A stretch of DNA of 63,474 nt, the filler included, from Thraustochytrium aureum (Eukaryota): NCBI GenBank assembly GCA_012862495.1. It is 10 parts of 6 records of this genome, joined end to end, with 100 filler letters (N's around TTAATTAATTAA, not from the genome) between each part and the next. Parts side by side here need not be neighbours in the genome. Positions count along the whole stretch, not along the records: positions 7,941 to 18,105 come from BLSG01000051.1; positions 18,206 to 41,731 come from BLSG01000051.1; 8 more parts are not named here. One strand, 5' to 3'. Under the pieces are notes generated by a model. It was not told the DNA's origin. It did not search any database and saw nothing but the letters and a program-made list of their open reading frames with translations. The translations under genes were made by a program, and so were the position numbers. Below, one piece after another: positions 10,938 to 23,973 of this stretch. Positions within the stretch are counted from its first letter, which is position 1, and the number at the start of each line of letters is the position of its first letter.

Positions 10938-12593
10938 ATGGCTTCGAAGAGACTTGCGGGGATGGCGGGTACTTCTGGGGCTGGCGCGCGGACGGCGAGG
11001 TCGGCCAAGTCGTCGCTCGCCCCGGCGCCAGCGCCGTCGCAGAGGTCGCTAGCCGCGAGGGAGGTCGCGACGGCGTCGAAGCGGTCCATCAAAGCCCCGT
11101 CCGCCAGCGGGCCGAAGCGGTTCGTGAGCAAGGCGGACAAGGAGAAGCACGAGGCGCAAGAGCGCATCAAGGCCCTCGAGGCAGCGCTCGCCGCCTCTGA
11201 AGCGCAAATCGAAGCGCGCAAGCAGCGGATCGACGCGCTCGGCCTCGCGCTGGAGCAGCAGCTCATGCATGCCGAGGACAGCGCAGTGCAAAGCGAGCGT
11301 GCAAACGCCAGAGCCGCGCAGGTGGCTGCCGACCTGGCGCGCGCCCGAAGCGAGGCCGACCTGCTCGCTGGCCAGGTGGCAGCCGCGCAAGCTGCTGCGC
11401 AGCAAGCTGCGGAAACGCAGAGGGAGGCGGAGAGGTGCATCGCTGACGCCGCAGACAGAATCGCCCAAGCCAACGCGGCCCAGCAGCACGCCGAGGACAT
11501 GCGTGCAGCCGCCGACAAGCTGGCCAAAGACCTCCAGGGCAAGCTGATCATCACGCAACGTGCAAACCGGGAAGCGCAAGCGATGATGAAGGAGGCGCTG
11601 CAAAACGAAAAGGAGCGCCAACTCGAGGCTGATCGGCTGCGCAAGGCCGAGGCGGACCGCCTCGCGGTCCTCGAGGCCGAGACCAAAGAGGCCGCGATGC
11701 ACGCCGAGGTCCGCCACGCCCGCGAGCAGGCTCTCGAAGAGGCGCGTGGCGCCTGGGAGGAGCGGTTGCGTGCGGAGACGGACCGCGCCAAGGCCGAGCT
11801 CCGCGCGCAGCAGCAGCGCGCAGCAGAGCTCGCAGAGCTGCTTTCACGGCCGAAACCGTCCATGGAGCAGCTCCGGGACGACATCGTATCGACCATGCGG
11901 TTTCTGGTCAAGTCGCTCGACGACCGCATCAGCGAGGTCGAAGCGTTCCAAGGCGGCGAGACGCTGCGCTGGAAACTCATTAGGGCAAGAGTCGACACAA
12001 TGTCAGAGTACGTGGGTCGCCTGTTCGAGGTGATGGCTCCCGAGATATTCGAGCGCGACGCGCGCCTCCGCGCCCAGCAAGACGAGCTCCAGCGGACTGA
12101 GCAGGACCACCTCGCGACCAAGGCGCTCGTGCGGGACAGCGAGCGCGAGCGCAACCTGTTGACGCGTCTCTTCCACGCCGAGCCTGTTCTGGCACGCCCT
12201 GCTCCAGCGAGCAAGTCCCGGGCGGCCGCGTCGCGGGGCGGCGACCCAGTGCCTGTGCGGGCGCGCCTTCTTCTCTCAGAGATTCGAGCTGAGCGCGTTT
12301 TCGAGCTCATCGAGCGGGCGCGGACCTGGAACGACACCTGCTCCACGGTTCTGCTCACCTGTTGTGTGGCGTGTGGTGCGTTCTTCCTCGACGCGGATAT
12401 GTCCTGGCCGTGTTCCTGCGCGACCTCCAACTCGCTGACCCCGGACCACGAGGCCTATTGTGTATTGCAAGCTCACCACGACCACCAGGGCTCGGGGGCG
12501 GCCGGCGTTGCTCTGCGCCGCGAGGGCAGCGACTTGCTCGACGCGGCGAGTCCTCGTCGCGCGTCGTTACCGCGACTCTGCGCCAGCAACTGA
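10938..12593 (+). CDS. Long coiled-coil protein with Cys-rich C-terminal segment
   Basis: ATG 10938 in the 10485..12593 ORF; extensive A/E/Q/R heptads; CCVAC...CSC...HEAYC near the end. Confidence 0.7.
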   Translation: MASKRLAGMAGTSGAGARTARSAKSSLAPAPAPSQRSLAAREVATASKRSIKAPSASGPKRFVSKADKEKHEAQERIKALEAALAASEAQIEARKQRIDALGLALEQQLMHAEDSAVQSERANARAAQVAADLARARSEADLLAGQVAAAQAAAQQAAETQREAERCIADAADRIAQANAAQQHAEDMRAAADKLAKDLQGKLIITQRANREAQAMMKEALQNEKERQLEADRLRKAEADRLAVLEAETKEAAMHAEVRHAREQALEEARGAWEERLRAETDRAKAELRAQQQRAAELAELLSRPKPSMEQLRDDIVSTMRFLVKSLDDRISEVEAFQGGETLRWKLIRARVDTMSEYVGRLFEVMAPEIFERDARLRAQQDELQRTEQDHLATKALVRDSERERNLLTRLFHAEPVLARPAPASKSRAAASRGGDPVPVRARLLLSEIRAERVFELIERARTWNDTCSTVLLTCCVACGAFFLDADMSWPCSCATSNSLTPDHEAYCVLQAHHDHQGSGAAGVALRREGSDLLDAASPRRASLPRLCASN

Positions 12594-12965
12594 TTGATTG
12601 TCGGCTTCGGCAAGAGCTGCTCGCGGCAAGCAGCGCATGGATGTGCTCGCGCAAGCCAGCAGCGGCTTCGGCAAGAGCTGCTCGCGGCAAGCAGCGCATG
12701 GATGTGCTCGCGGCAAGCCAGCAGCTCATCGACCTGCCTAATTGATCGTTGATTGTCGGCTTCGGCATCGGCAAGAACTGCTCGCGCAAGCCAGCAGCTA
12801 AATCGGCATCGCAAGAACTGCTCGCCGCAAGCAACTGATTGATCAAGATCATGCCTCCACCTCGGCCTGCGACTCGCGCCCGCGAGTGATTCGGCCTCGC
12901 GCCAGCAACAGATCTCGAGAACACAGACCTCGGCCTGCGCCTCGCGCCAGCGAGTGATTGATCGA
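12590..12965. repeat. Degenerate ~60-bp tandem repeat
   Basis: cggcttcggcaagagctgctcgcggcaagcagcgcatggatgtgctcgcg occurs twice, followed by diverged copies. Confidence 0.75.
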
Positions 12966-13607
12966 GCAAGAGCCAGGCCCGTGTCCCTCGACGCGTGCCC
13001 TTCACAAGACGCCTGGCTGCCTGGCCNNNNNNNNNNNNNNNNNNNNNNNNNNNNNNNNNNNNNNNNNNNNNNNNNNNNNNNNNNNNNNNNNNNNNNNNNN
13101 NNNNNNNNNNNNNNNNNNNNNNNNNNNNNNNNNNNNNNNNNNNNNNNNNNNNNNNNNNNNNNNNNNNNNNNNNNNNNNNNNNNNNNNNNNNNNNNNNNNN
13201 NNNNNNNNNNNNNNNNNNNNNNNNNNNNNNNNNNNNNNNNNNNNNNNNNNNNNNNNNNNNNNNNNNNNNNNNNNNNNNNNNNNNNNNNNNNNNNNNNNNN
13301 NNNNNNNNNNNNNNNNNNNNNNNNNNNNNNNNNNNNNNNNNNNNNNNNNNNNNNNNNNNNNNNNNNNNNNNNNNNNNNNNNNNNNNNNNNNNNNNNNNNN
13401 NNNNNNNNNNNNNNNNNNNNNNNNNNNNNNNNNNNNNNNNNNNNNNNNNNNNNNNNNNNNNNNNNNNNNNNNNNNNNNNNNNNNNNNNNNNNNGAGAGTG
13501 TTCGAAGGAAAGAGGAGGCTGATGAGTCGGAGTGGAGTCGTAGGTGCAGCAGACAGACAGACCACATCGCATCGCTCGCGCGAGGCCAGAGCGCCAGCAG
13601 ACAGACA

Positions 13608-13609
13608 CG

Positions 13610-13641
<32 letters not shown>

Positions 13642-13675
13642 CTTGGCGTGCGTGCGTGCGTGCGTGCGTGCGTGG
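13608..13675. repeat. (GCAG)n + (GCGT)n microsatellite
   Basis: Directly visible. Confidence 0.9.
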
Positions 13676-13841
13676 GCGTACGGGCTGCTGACGGCTGGGC
13701 CGGCAGCTGGGGCAGAGCGCGATTTGAGCGATCGACGAGCGGTCCAGGTGCTGGTGATCTGGGTGTGCGCGCGGTGTACCAGCGCGTTGGAGGAGGTCGG
13801 CTCGTTGGCGCCGGCGGAGGCCCGGCTGGGCGGCAGGCGAG

Positions 13842-16800
13842 ATGAAGAGCCGCCTGTTTGGGAACAGGTCCTCGCGCAAGCTGACTGGCGGCGCCAGCGC
13901 GGGCGGCGATGAGGAGACACGGCCCACCGGCGAGCAGCTCAACAAAATGTACAAGCAGCTGCTGGAGGAGCTGGCGATACCGCAGGCCAAACGCGACCTG
14001 ATGCTCAAGAACGAGACCGAGGAGCGCAAGTGGCAGCTGATCAAGGCCCACTCGGCCATGGTGCGCAACGAGAGCATGCCGGCAAACAAGGACGAAAAGA
14101 AGAGCCCCAAGTTCTGGGTCGACCTTTTGGCGCGCCGCTCGCGCAAGAACGAGCCGGTGCTGACCGTCGAGGACTCGAGCGAGTTTTACGCCGTGCTCCG
14201 CACTGCGCACAAGCAGTTCCTGATCGAGTTTATCGAGCAGGACGGCGTCGAGACCCTGATCGAGCTCACGCGCTGGTACACGAGCCGCGACAACCGGCAG
14301 GACGCAGAGCGCAAGATTCTGCCGCAAATCATGTCCACGTACAAGGCCCTGATGAACAACAACGTCGGCATGGAGGGCGTGCTCGCGATCGAGGACTCGA
14401 TCACCTCGTTCGCGCTGGGCATGGACCTCACGAACGAGAGCGACCTAAACACGGCGCAAGAGGTGGTCATGCTCCTGGCCGTGACCTGCTTTTACTCGCC
14501 CGAGGGCCGCGAGATGGTGGTCAACGCCATGGACGACCTCCGCGTCCGGTGGCGCGAGTCCCAAAAGTTCCAGACCCTCGTGGACACCTTTGCGAACACC
14601 GCGGACAACGAGTTTCGCGCCTCGGTGATGATGTTCATCACCACCATCGTCAACTCTGCCGCCGAGGTGGAGAGCCGCGTGCGTGTGCGCAACGACTTTT
14701 TGGCCCTCGACATCATGCGCGTGTTCGAGCGCGTGCTGGAGGAAGCCAAGGAAGAGGACGACGAGTCGTACTCGATCATCGCGACCCAGTACCAGGTGTT
14801 CGAGGACATGATGGCCGAGGACCATCGCGAAGTGACCTACAGCCTGATCGCGGGCACCGGTGAGGACGTCGAGCTCGACCTCTCAGAACAGTCCGAGGTC
14901 TTCGAGTACCTGATCAAGTCCGCGCAGATGAGCGGGTGCGCCGACCTCCTGCTCGAGCTCTCGCAGAGCCTCTTGCTGATCCCCACGGAGCGCACGCTCG
15001 CGATTCCCACGTGGCGCGCGGTCAACCAGTTTGTGCGCGAAGCGACCGACTACTCGAAGCGGTCCGGCGGCGCCAAGCGGATCCGCCTCAACTACCAGCT
15101 GCTGACCGAGCTGCTCGACAAGCGGCACGAGCTCGACGAGAAGCTCAGCCAGCTCAGCTCGGGCGACGACATCATCGGCAAGCAGCGCAAGGCGATCCAG
15201 GAGCTCCAGAAAAAGGTCGAGCAGCTCCGCAAAGGCGGCGCCAAAGGCGCTGCCAAGGGCGGCTCGCGCACCAAGTCGGTCGCCGCAGAAGGCGGCTCCG
15301 GCGCGCCTGACTACGACGAAGGCGCCTCCAGCGAAGAGGTGCAGATCCTGCAGGACCAGGTCAAGCAGCTGCGCGACGAGATTGCCACGCTGCAGAAAAA
15401 GCTCGCCAAGTCGCACAAGGGCAAGCCCGTGGAGGACGAAGACGAAGACGCGGACGCGCCCAGTGCGGCGGTGCCCGCCCAGTTCACAGGCAAGCTCGAC
15501 TCGACGGGGCTGCGGCCCGCCGGCTTGGTTCCGGGCGCTAAGCCGTCGCCAATCCCGGCCTGCCCCTCTCCCTGGCCCAAAANNNNNNNNNNNNNNNNNN
15601 NNNNNNNNNNNNNNNNNNNNNNNNNNNNNNNNNNNNNNNNNNNNNNNNNNNNNNNNNNNNNNNNNNNNNNNNNNNNNNNNNNNNNNNNNNNNNNNNNNNN
15701 NNNNNNNNNNNNNNNNNNNNNNNNNNNNNNNNNNNNNNNNNNNNNNNNNNNNNNNNNNNNNNNNNNNNNNNNNNNNNNNNNNNNNNNNNNNNNNNNNNNN
15801 NNNNNNNNNNNNNNNNNNNNNNNNNNNNNNNNNNNNNNNNNNNNNNNNNNNNNNNNNNNNNNNNNNNNNNNNNNNNNNNNNNNNNNNNNNNNNNNNNNNN
15901 NNNNNNNNNNNNNNNNNNNNNNNNNNNNNNNNNNNNNNNNNNNNNNNNNNNNNNNNNNNNNNNNNNNNNNNNNNNNNNNNNNNNNNNNNNNNNNNNNNNN
16001 NNNNNNNNNNNNNNNNNNNNNNNNNNNNNNNNNNNNNNNNNNNNNNNNNNNNNNNNNNNNNNNNNNNNNNNNNNNNNNNNNNNNNNNNNNNNNNNNNNNN
16101 NNNNNNNNNNNNNNNNNNNNNNNNNNNNGATGCGCCACATGTTCTGGACCGCGGTGCCCGTGGAGAAGCTCGAAGGCACAGTGTGGCCCGAGCTGAGCGA
16201 CCAAAAGATAAAGTTTAGCGTCAAGCGCCTCGAGAGGATGTTCGGGCAGGCCGCCGACAGCGCGACGCCCGGCATCACCGAGAAGCGCGTGTCGCTCGGC
16301 ATCGTGCACCTCGTCACTGGCAAGCGCCAGCAGAACGTCGGCATCGCGCTCTCCAAGATGCGCGCCACGGACGAGGAGCTCGCGCAGGCGGTGCTGACCA
16401 TGGACGAGACAATGCTGACGCTCAGCCACACGCAGCTCTTGCTGGGCGCGGCGCCCACCGACGACGAGATTGAGCTGATCAAGCAGTTCGAGGCCACCAG
16501 CGGAGACGCCGCCAAGCTGGCGCGCGAGGACCGTTTCCTGCGCGTCATGAGCAAAATCCCGCGCCTGCACGAGCGCCTGCGCGCGGTGCTGACCAAGCAC
16601 ACCTTTGAAGCGGACTACGAACGCATCGTGGACAAGGTCAGCGCAGTGCGCAAGGCCTGCGCCGAGCTTGACCGGTCCTCCGCGATGAAGCGGTTGCTCG
16701 AGATCGTTCTGGCGCTCGGCAACTACATCAACGGCGGCACGCCGCGCGGGGGGGCCTGGGGCTTCAAGCTCGACGCGCTGCAAAAGCTCGACACGATCAA

Positions 16801-17668
16801 AGACAACACGAACCGCGGCACCCTGATGGACTTTCTGTACGCCACGCTGGAGGAGAGCTACCCAGAGCTGTGCGACTTTTCGCTGCCGGCCACAAAGCTG
16901 GCCACCGACGTCTCGTTGAGCGACACGATGAGCGAGCTCAACCTGCTGGCCTCGTCGATCCGCAACATCAAGACCGAGCTCGAGCACCCGCCCCTCTCCA
17001 AGAAGGACAGGTTCCACAAGGTGATGGCCGGCTTCGAGGTCAAAGCCTCCAAGAAGGTGGCCGAGCTGCAGAGCGACTTTGACAAGGTGCGCGGCGACTT
17101 TCAGCAGCTCGCGACCCAGTACGCCGAGACAGGCGCTGGCGTGGAGCCGGAAACCTTTTTCGTCAAATTTGTGCGCTTCGAGGTCGCGCTCAAGCGCGCC
17201 AAGCACGCCGTTGAGGAGCGCCGCGAGCGCGAGGAGCGGCTGCGGCGCCTCGCGCAAGAAAAGGAGCGCATGAAGACGCTCAAGCGCCTCAAGGAGCTAG
17301 AGTCCGCCGGCGCCGACGAAGGCGTCTTTGCGCAGTTTGCCAAGGCCAACGCGGGCAACGCGCAAGACATTGTCCAAGGCTTTCAGGCGCGCAACCGCGA
17401 AAAGGCCCAGCACGCGCCGTCCAAGTCGACGCAAAAGCCAAAGTCTCCGTCGCAGAGCGCCAGCAGCTCGGGCAAGACCAAGAAGAAGAAGAAGAAGAAG
17501 TCGACGCACTCTTCCACGGCCTCCCCGGCCGAGCTACGCAAGACGGAGACCAAGATCATCATGGTGGAGGGGCCGGACGGCCAGCTTATCGAGAAGCGCG
17601 TCCGCAAGAAGAAGAAGAAGCAGGCGCCCAGCAGCGTGCCGAACGCGGTCGATTTTGACATTGCCTAG
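13842..17668 (+). CDS. Diaphanous-related formin (GBD/FH3 - coiled coil - FH1 mostly in gap - FH2)
   Basis: N-terminal ELAIPQAKRDLM...ERKWQLI (GBD); FH3-like RVRVRNDF; Pro-rich start before the gap; FH2 motifs QNVGIAL and LALGNYINGG..RGGAWGFKL. Confidence 0.92.
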
Positions 17669-18205
17669 GCTTGCACCGCGAGCTCTCCTTCCCCGGAAGG
17701 GGTGCTGGGAGCGAGCGAGCGAGCGAGTTGGGGAATGTGTTTGTTTGCCGTTTTGTTCTCGTCGCCAATTTGTAATGCCCTGTGTTTTGGCGGCGGGGCG
17801 CGGCACTCCCATGTCCGCAAACTCGATCCCTCCTTCGCTCGGCTGCTGGGTCTTTGTTTGGACCTGGCAGCCTGCGTCTTTGACAAATACTCGAGTACCT
17901 TTTCCAACGGCCTATCACCAAATTAATTTCAAGATCGGTCTGGTTCAACTCTTTCTGACATTTTTCGATCTCGTGCCAACACCGGAGGGGCTGGCATGCG
18001 TCATGCGCGGCCAGCTCATTTCGCCAATCTTTCCTCGCCTTTCCAAAAGGCAAGTCACGGGGGCTTGGCAAGGCAAGAACGCTGTGGGCAAACAAAAGCA
18101 AGCCANNNNNNNNNNNNNNNNNNNNNNNNNNNNNNNNNNNNNNNNNNNNTTAATTAATTAANNNNNNNNNNNNNNNNNNNNNNNNNNNNNNNNNNNNNNN
18201 NNNNN

Positions 18206-18292
18206 TCGTTGTTCTTCCAATAATGAGCTAGTCGTTGTTCTTCCAATAATGAGCTAGTCGTTGTTCTTCCAACAATGAATTACTCGTTGTTC
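18206..18292. repeat. 26-bp AT-rich tandem repeat at contig edge
   Basis: tcgttgttcttccaataatgagctag x2 plus diverged copies. Confidence 0.85.
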
Positions 18293-18913
18293 TTTGGTCG
18301 TTGGCCTTTTACGTTGTTCGTTGCTGCAAAGCACACAATATTGTTCATCGTAAGGAAGTACGTATTGTTCTTCAGATGGCTCGGGGGAGCTGCTCTTTGT
18401 TCGTTTGTTGGGAGCTGAGAGAAACGGTAACGCGCGGGGGTTGCAGGGCTCCTTTGGATGCGCGCGCGTCGCGCAGCGTTGGTTGGCCTCCGGTTGCTGC
18501 CTGCTCGCTCCACTCGAGTACCTCTCGGTAAAAGGAGCGCTCCGAGCGACCAGCTCGCCGTTGCGCGCGCGCCTCGGCAGTGCGCCTTCCTTTTCTTCCC
18601 TCGTTGGCGACCCAGCGGGCGCGGGTCGCAACGAGCAACTTTCGCCTCGGCGGAGCGCTGCAGACCACGCGCCGGAAGGGCTTTCGCGCGCGCGCCAATC
18701 TGCGAGCGGGGCGAAACGGCACCGCCGACGTGGCTCTTCGAGGGTGGAAGAGCCCAAGGAACACAGGCGGGCTGCAGCGGGGTCGCAGCAGGCGACACCA
18801 AGGCCCGGGGCCAGCCGGCCTTCGGACAAGCGAGCCCAAGAAACAAACCAAGCGAGCGCCCCTTGAAGCACTAAGTGCATGGGGTGCGGCGCAAAAGAAA
18901 CAGAGGGAGCAGG

Positions 18914-21900
18914 ATGTTTGCCCGGCTGAGGTCGCTCTCGCGCGGGTCGGCCAAGTCCGACAACACCGCAAAGGACCCGGCGATCCCGCCCAGCTCGGAC
19001 GAGGCGCAAAAGCGAAAACGCGGGGGCGGCAAGCCCGCAGCAAGTCAAAGAGCGGCAAAGGCAGAGACGAGGACGAACGCAAGAGCAACACAAGTCCGCG
19101 ATCGCAAACCTCGTACAGCGAGGCCGAGGCATACAAGGACTCAAGTTCAGACCACTCCGACGAAGAGGCCATCGGAGAGCAGGACTCGGACGCCTCTGGC
19201 GACGAAAAAATAAGGCAGCAGCGCCGAGCAAACGAGCGCGGTCGCGCACCAGACGCGGCAACCGCGAAGCAAACGCCGCCGGCCTCCCGCCGTCCGGCAA
19301 AGATGAGGCGCGCTCGCGCTCGCGCTCGTTCGGCGTCTTCCGCCGCAAGCCGAAAAGTGGCGACAAGGGCGCTGCAGCAAAGCAAGGGAGCGATGCTGGC
19401 AGCGACGCCGGCTCGGCAGTCGCTGAAAGCTTCGCCGAGGATGGCGCGGAAAGTGTTGCGTCCGCCTCGCAACCGAAACGTTCTCGCTCTCGGTCCAACC
19501 CGATGCGGTTCTTGCTCGGGCGCTCGGGGTCTGAGCGGAGCATTGGCGAGGACAACCCAAAACGACCCGAGAAGCGCAGCATGTTTGGTTTCCGTCGGCG
19601 TCGCAACTCGGGCGAAAGCGAGGCCGACGGCATGGAGGGCGGCTCAGCGGCGGGCTCGGCGCGAGAGGACGCAAGCCGCGTCAGCGGAGCACTCGACACC
19701 GAGGAACGCGACACCACTGTGGACAGAGCTGGCGAATCTAGCGACGCGGAGAGCGACAGCGAAGACGGCAGCAGCGACGGCCAGGTCGGGCAGGACGCGC
19801 AAGGCGGCCGTCGAGCAGGCAGCTCCGGCAAGGCGGACAATGCTCGCGGCGACAAGCCTGCAGGCAAGCCGACGAAAGCGAAATCGAAGCTGAGCGCTCG
19901 CAAACTGAGCAAAGGAGCGAAGAAGCTAATTCGGNNNNNNNNNNNNNNNNNNNNNNNNNNNNNNNNNNNNNNNNNNNNNNNNNNNNNNNNNNNNNNNNNN
20001 NNNNNNNNNNNNNNNNNNNNNNNNNNNNNNNNNNNNNNNNNNNNNNNNNNNNNNNNNNNNNNNNNNNNNNNNNNNNNNNNNNNNNNNNNNNNNNNNNNNN
20101 NTCCGCTTCAAGAGCTCCCGCAAACGGCAAGAAAAGCCCCCGCCACCTGCCCATTCCGCAACCGAGCGCACGGGCGCCAAACGACCCAAAACGCCAGCCT
20201 TTTCCCCGGATGGCACCAGTCTTGGGTCCCCACGCGGCGAGGCCCTGGAGCAGGCGAGCTCGCCCTACCAGCATCACTTCACCCGGGCCGACGTGCTCTA
20301 CTTCAAGTCGATCCACGAGACCACGACGACAATGTTCGAAACGCTGAGCGAGCTGGTCGGCGAGGGCGAGAACGAGATCTTGCTGGCGCGGCTCAGCGAG
20401 CTGATCGAGGACCAGGACGACCTCTTCCGCGCCCTCGCGATTCTCCGCAGCACGCAGGAGGGCGACCGGGCCATGCTCCTCTTCCACATGCACAACCTGA
20501 GCGGCGACGAAGGCGGAATTTCACGCGACGACCTTGCCACGGTGATTCGGTATGCAGTGTGGCTCGAGCTGCTCGCAGAGGAACGTGCCGGGGCGCCGAG
20601 GCGGTCTGACGCCGCCGCAGCGGCCGCGGCCGACCCTGCTCTCGTGGCGCGGCTCCGCTTGGAGCGGTTTTACGCTCTCTACGCGCCAGACAAACTGACG
20701 CGCGTGAGATCGATCGCACTAAAGTACCGCGGCAACGAAGCCTCGCTGTGGAAAAAGCTCCAGCGCCAGTACCAGGGCGCGGTTGTGCCTTCTGATGCGG
20801 ACGTTGCGCCCATGGTGTCAGAGATTCGCGTGGTGGACGAGGTCGTCCAGCACGCGTTTGCGCGCTCCTCCTCGAGCAAGCTAGGCTTTCGCGAGTTTGT
20901 GCGCTGGATGGCCAGCGTGGACCCGCGGTTCGCTGAGGAGACTGTCGTGATGCGATTTGCGGCCCCGGTTCCGTGGCGCGACTTGTACAGCCCCGACCTG
21001 ACCGACAGCCGCGTCGAAGGCTGGCTCCGCGTCTCGGCCCTCCCGGAGAGCGGCGGCGCCCTGCCCGGCACTCTCAAGGTGCGCATCAGTGAACTTCCGT
21101 GGCGCCGACGGTGGTGCCGCATCGTGCGCTCGAAAGGCGGCGGCCCTGCCCGCCTCGAGGTGTGCAAGAACAGGGGCCAGGGCCCGTACCTGCGTGTCGC
21201 GCTTTCGGGGGACGCTTCGCAGGTTGACGTCATTGAGCGCGTTGGGCACAAGCACCGCTGGACGCTCGTGGTGAACCACGATCACTTTTTGCAGCCGTCG
21301 CGCGCGAGCGGCGAATCGCTCGAGGACTGGCTGTTCGGGCTCCGTGCCGCCACGCACGCTGGTCGTGAACGCACTGACAGCCCCGTTGCTACGAGCGCCG
21401 AAAGTGAACCTCGAGCCGGCCGCGCGCGCAATGGCCCCGGTGCATCGCCGGACGAGAGCGACCTCGAGGAAGAGAGCCACGCAGATGCAGCATTCGGGGA
21501 GGAAGAGGACGACGAGGAGGGGGAAAGTCAGCACGAAGGGGAGGAATCGGTTGACGAAGCGTCTGGCCCGGCGGTCGCCGTGCGCGTTCGAGCGTTCTAC
21601 GCCTGGTTAACCCGGACAAGCTCGGTGACGTGGACCGCATCGTCGAAAAGTACGCCGGCAAAGAGACCAAACTGATCCTCCTCCTCGAAAAGCAGTACCC
21701 AGGCTCCCGCGTGCCTCCTCTAGCCGAGGCCCGCCTCGCGCTGGCAGCCAACGCCGGCGGGGCACCCATGGCCCACGGCGAAACAGGCTCAGAGGTCGGC
21801 TCAGCGTCAGTATCGGATCGTAGCAGCTATCGCGCCATGAAACAGACCCGCGGGCGAAGCGACAACAGCGACGACGAAGAGGACATTGACGATGATGACG

Positions 21901-22283
21901 AGACCGCGAATGACAGCTTTGCTCTCGACCAAGCTCACGTCCAAGCTCCTGACCACGATGAGGAAGAAGACGGTTCGGGCTCCGAGTCCTCGAGGTCGCT
22001 CCAGCCCAACCCAGACCCGCACGACCGCCGTGCTGCGCGGCGCCAAGCGCACTCCCCACAACACGACGCCGGATCCCCGCCGGGCGGTCTAGGCGAGATG
22101 AGCGACGACGAAGACGACGAGGAGGAGGAGGAGGAGGACGAGGGCCGTGCGAGCCTGAGTGAGAGCGAGTCCGCCTTGCAGCCCGGTCGCGTTAGGGGTG
22201 GACAGGGCGAGGCTTCAATTTCCGGGCGTTCGGAGGGCAGTAGTGTGCTGGACGACTCGGACTCGAACGACTTTGATCGCTGA
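18914..22283 (+). CDS. Large protein: disordered N-terminus, degenerate EF-hands, PH-like domain, two copies of a ~40-aa FY..PDKL..KY.G.E motif, acidic tail (frameshifted, gapped)
   Basis: Joined from ORFs 18875, 18580, 19503, 20293 and 21630; PH-like EGWLRV...WRRRWC...LEDWLFGL; EF-like LFHMHNLSGDEGGISRDDL and KLGFREFVRW. Confidence 0.65.
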
Positions 22284-23938
22284 TGGACACCGCTCGAGGG
22301 CAGGCAGGTCCAAAACGCGGCGACGCGGTGTTGAAAACGCCTCGCTTTTTGGTTGAAAACGCCTCGCCTTTTGGTTGAGGACTCGCTCGACGGCGATGTG
22401 GACGACTGCCAGTGACTGACTGACTGACTGACTCTGACTGATTGACTTGTCCCCACTCGCCTCCGTATTATGTTGATTCCCGCCGCCTTGCGCCTTGGGC
22501 TTGGTTACTTCATCACGGTGACTCCAAGTTGGATGCTCTCTTGCGGAGCCCCGCCTCGGACCCTGATCGCTGCGTCGGTATCTTGGATACGCCATTTACG
22601 GGTGCACAGTTTCGCCACTGGCAAGGAATCGCCAGCGTTGCAAGTCGCGTGGCCGTACGCTAGCTCTAGAGAGCAGTAAATCGAGTTTCGCTCTTGCGGC
22701 GGAGGCCGCACTTGTCCACTCGCAAGGACGGCGCACGAATGATGAATAAACCCTGTCGCATCACAGCGTCGCAAAGGCCTGTGGCACGGCCGTTGATGTC
22801 GGCATCGAGGCTCGGTCGCCCTCAAGCCGTACGAGGGCCGCGAGGCGAGAATCGCGCTCGAATCCACNNNNNNNNNNNNNNNNNNNNNNNNNNNNNNNNN
22901 NNNNNNNNNNNNNNNNNNNNNNNNNNNNNNNNNNNNNNNNNNNNNNNNNNNNNNNNNNNNNNNNNNNNNNNNNNNNNNNNNNNNNNNNNNNNNNNNNNNN
23001 NNNNNNNNNNNNNNNNNNNNNNNNNNNNNNNNNNNNNNNNNNNNNNNNNNNNNNNNNNNNNNNNNNNNNNNNNNNNNNNNNNNNNNNNNNNNNNNNNNNN
23101 NNNNNNNNNNNNNNNNNNNNNNNNNNNNNNNNNNNNNNNNNNNNNNNNNNNNNNNNNNNNNNNNNNNNNNNNNNNNNNNNNNNNNNNNNNNNNNNNNNNN
23201 NNNNNNNNNNNNNNNNNNNNNNNNNNNNNNNNNNNNNNNNNNNNNNNNNNNNNNNNNNNNNNNNNNNNNNNNNNNNNNNNNNNNNNNNNNNNNNNNNNNN
23301 NNNNNNNNNNNNNNNNNNNNNNNNNNNNNNNNNNNNNNNNNNNNNNNNNNNNNNNNNGGCTCGGACGGATTGTGGGTGGTTGGTTTGGTTGGCTGCGCAC
23401 GGGGACCGAACGAGGAGGCTTCGGTCCGGTCGCAACCGCGAGTGCTTGCTTGCTCGCTTGCTTGCGCGGTGGAGCCAATCGGCAGGAAGCGGATTCGGAG
23501 CTGCTGCTCGAGAACAACTGCGTCGAGTGCGTGCCGGCCTGTACTTACTCGAGTGAGTAGAGCGCCCGTCCTCTACTCACTCACTCACCTGCCTCACCTG
23601 CCCGCGGAGGACGTAGGTTCAGGCTCGGAGAGGAAGAACGGCCACGGCCACGTTGACGCGGATGAGGGAAGTGCCGCGGACTCGTTGGCAGAGCAAGGCG
23701 GATCCTCCTTGGGCAGAGCGCTGGCAGCAGCAGCAAGTTGAACAGGGTCGAACAGGTTGGCAGGTTGGTTGGTTGGATTCGCCCTGTGAGGAGCGTGGAG
23801 GCCGTGGGAGAGAGCCCGTGATTCTGCTCGAATCAAGGGCTCGAATCCGCCAATGTCGAACACCACGGTGAGCCGACCGATCGTCCGATTGATCGGCGAT
23901 TCGACGATCGATCTCTCCACTGGCGCGCTCGGCGGCGT

Positions 23939-23973
<35 letters not shown>

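Noticed and set aside
12590..12965. Possible CRISPR-like array (also 63017-63170)
   Set aside because: Degenerate tandem units without unique spacers, no cas genes, eukaryotic context
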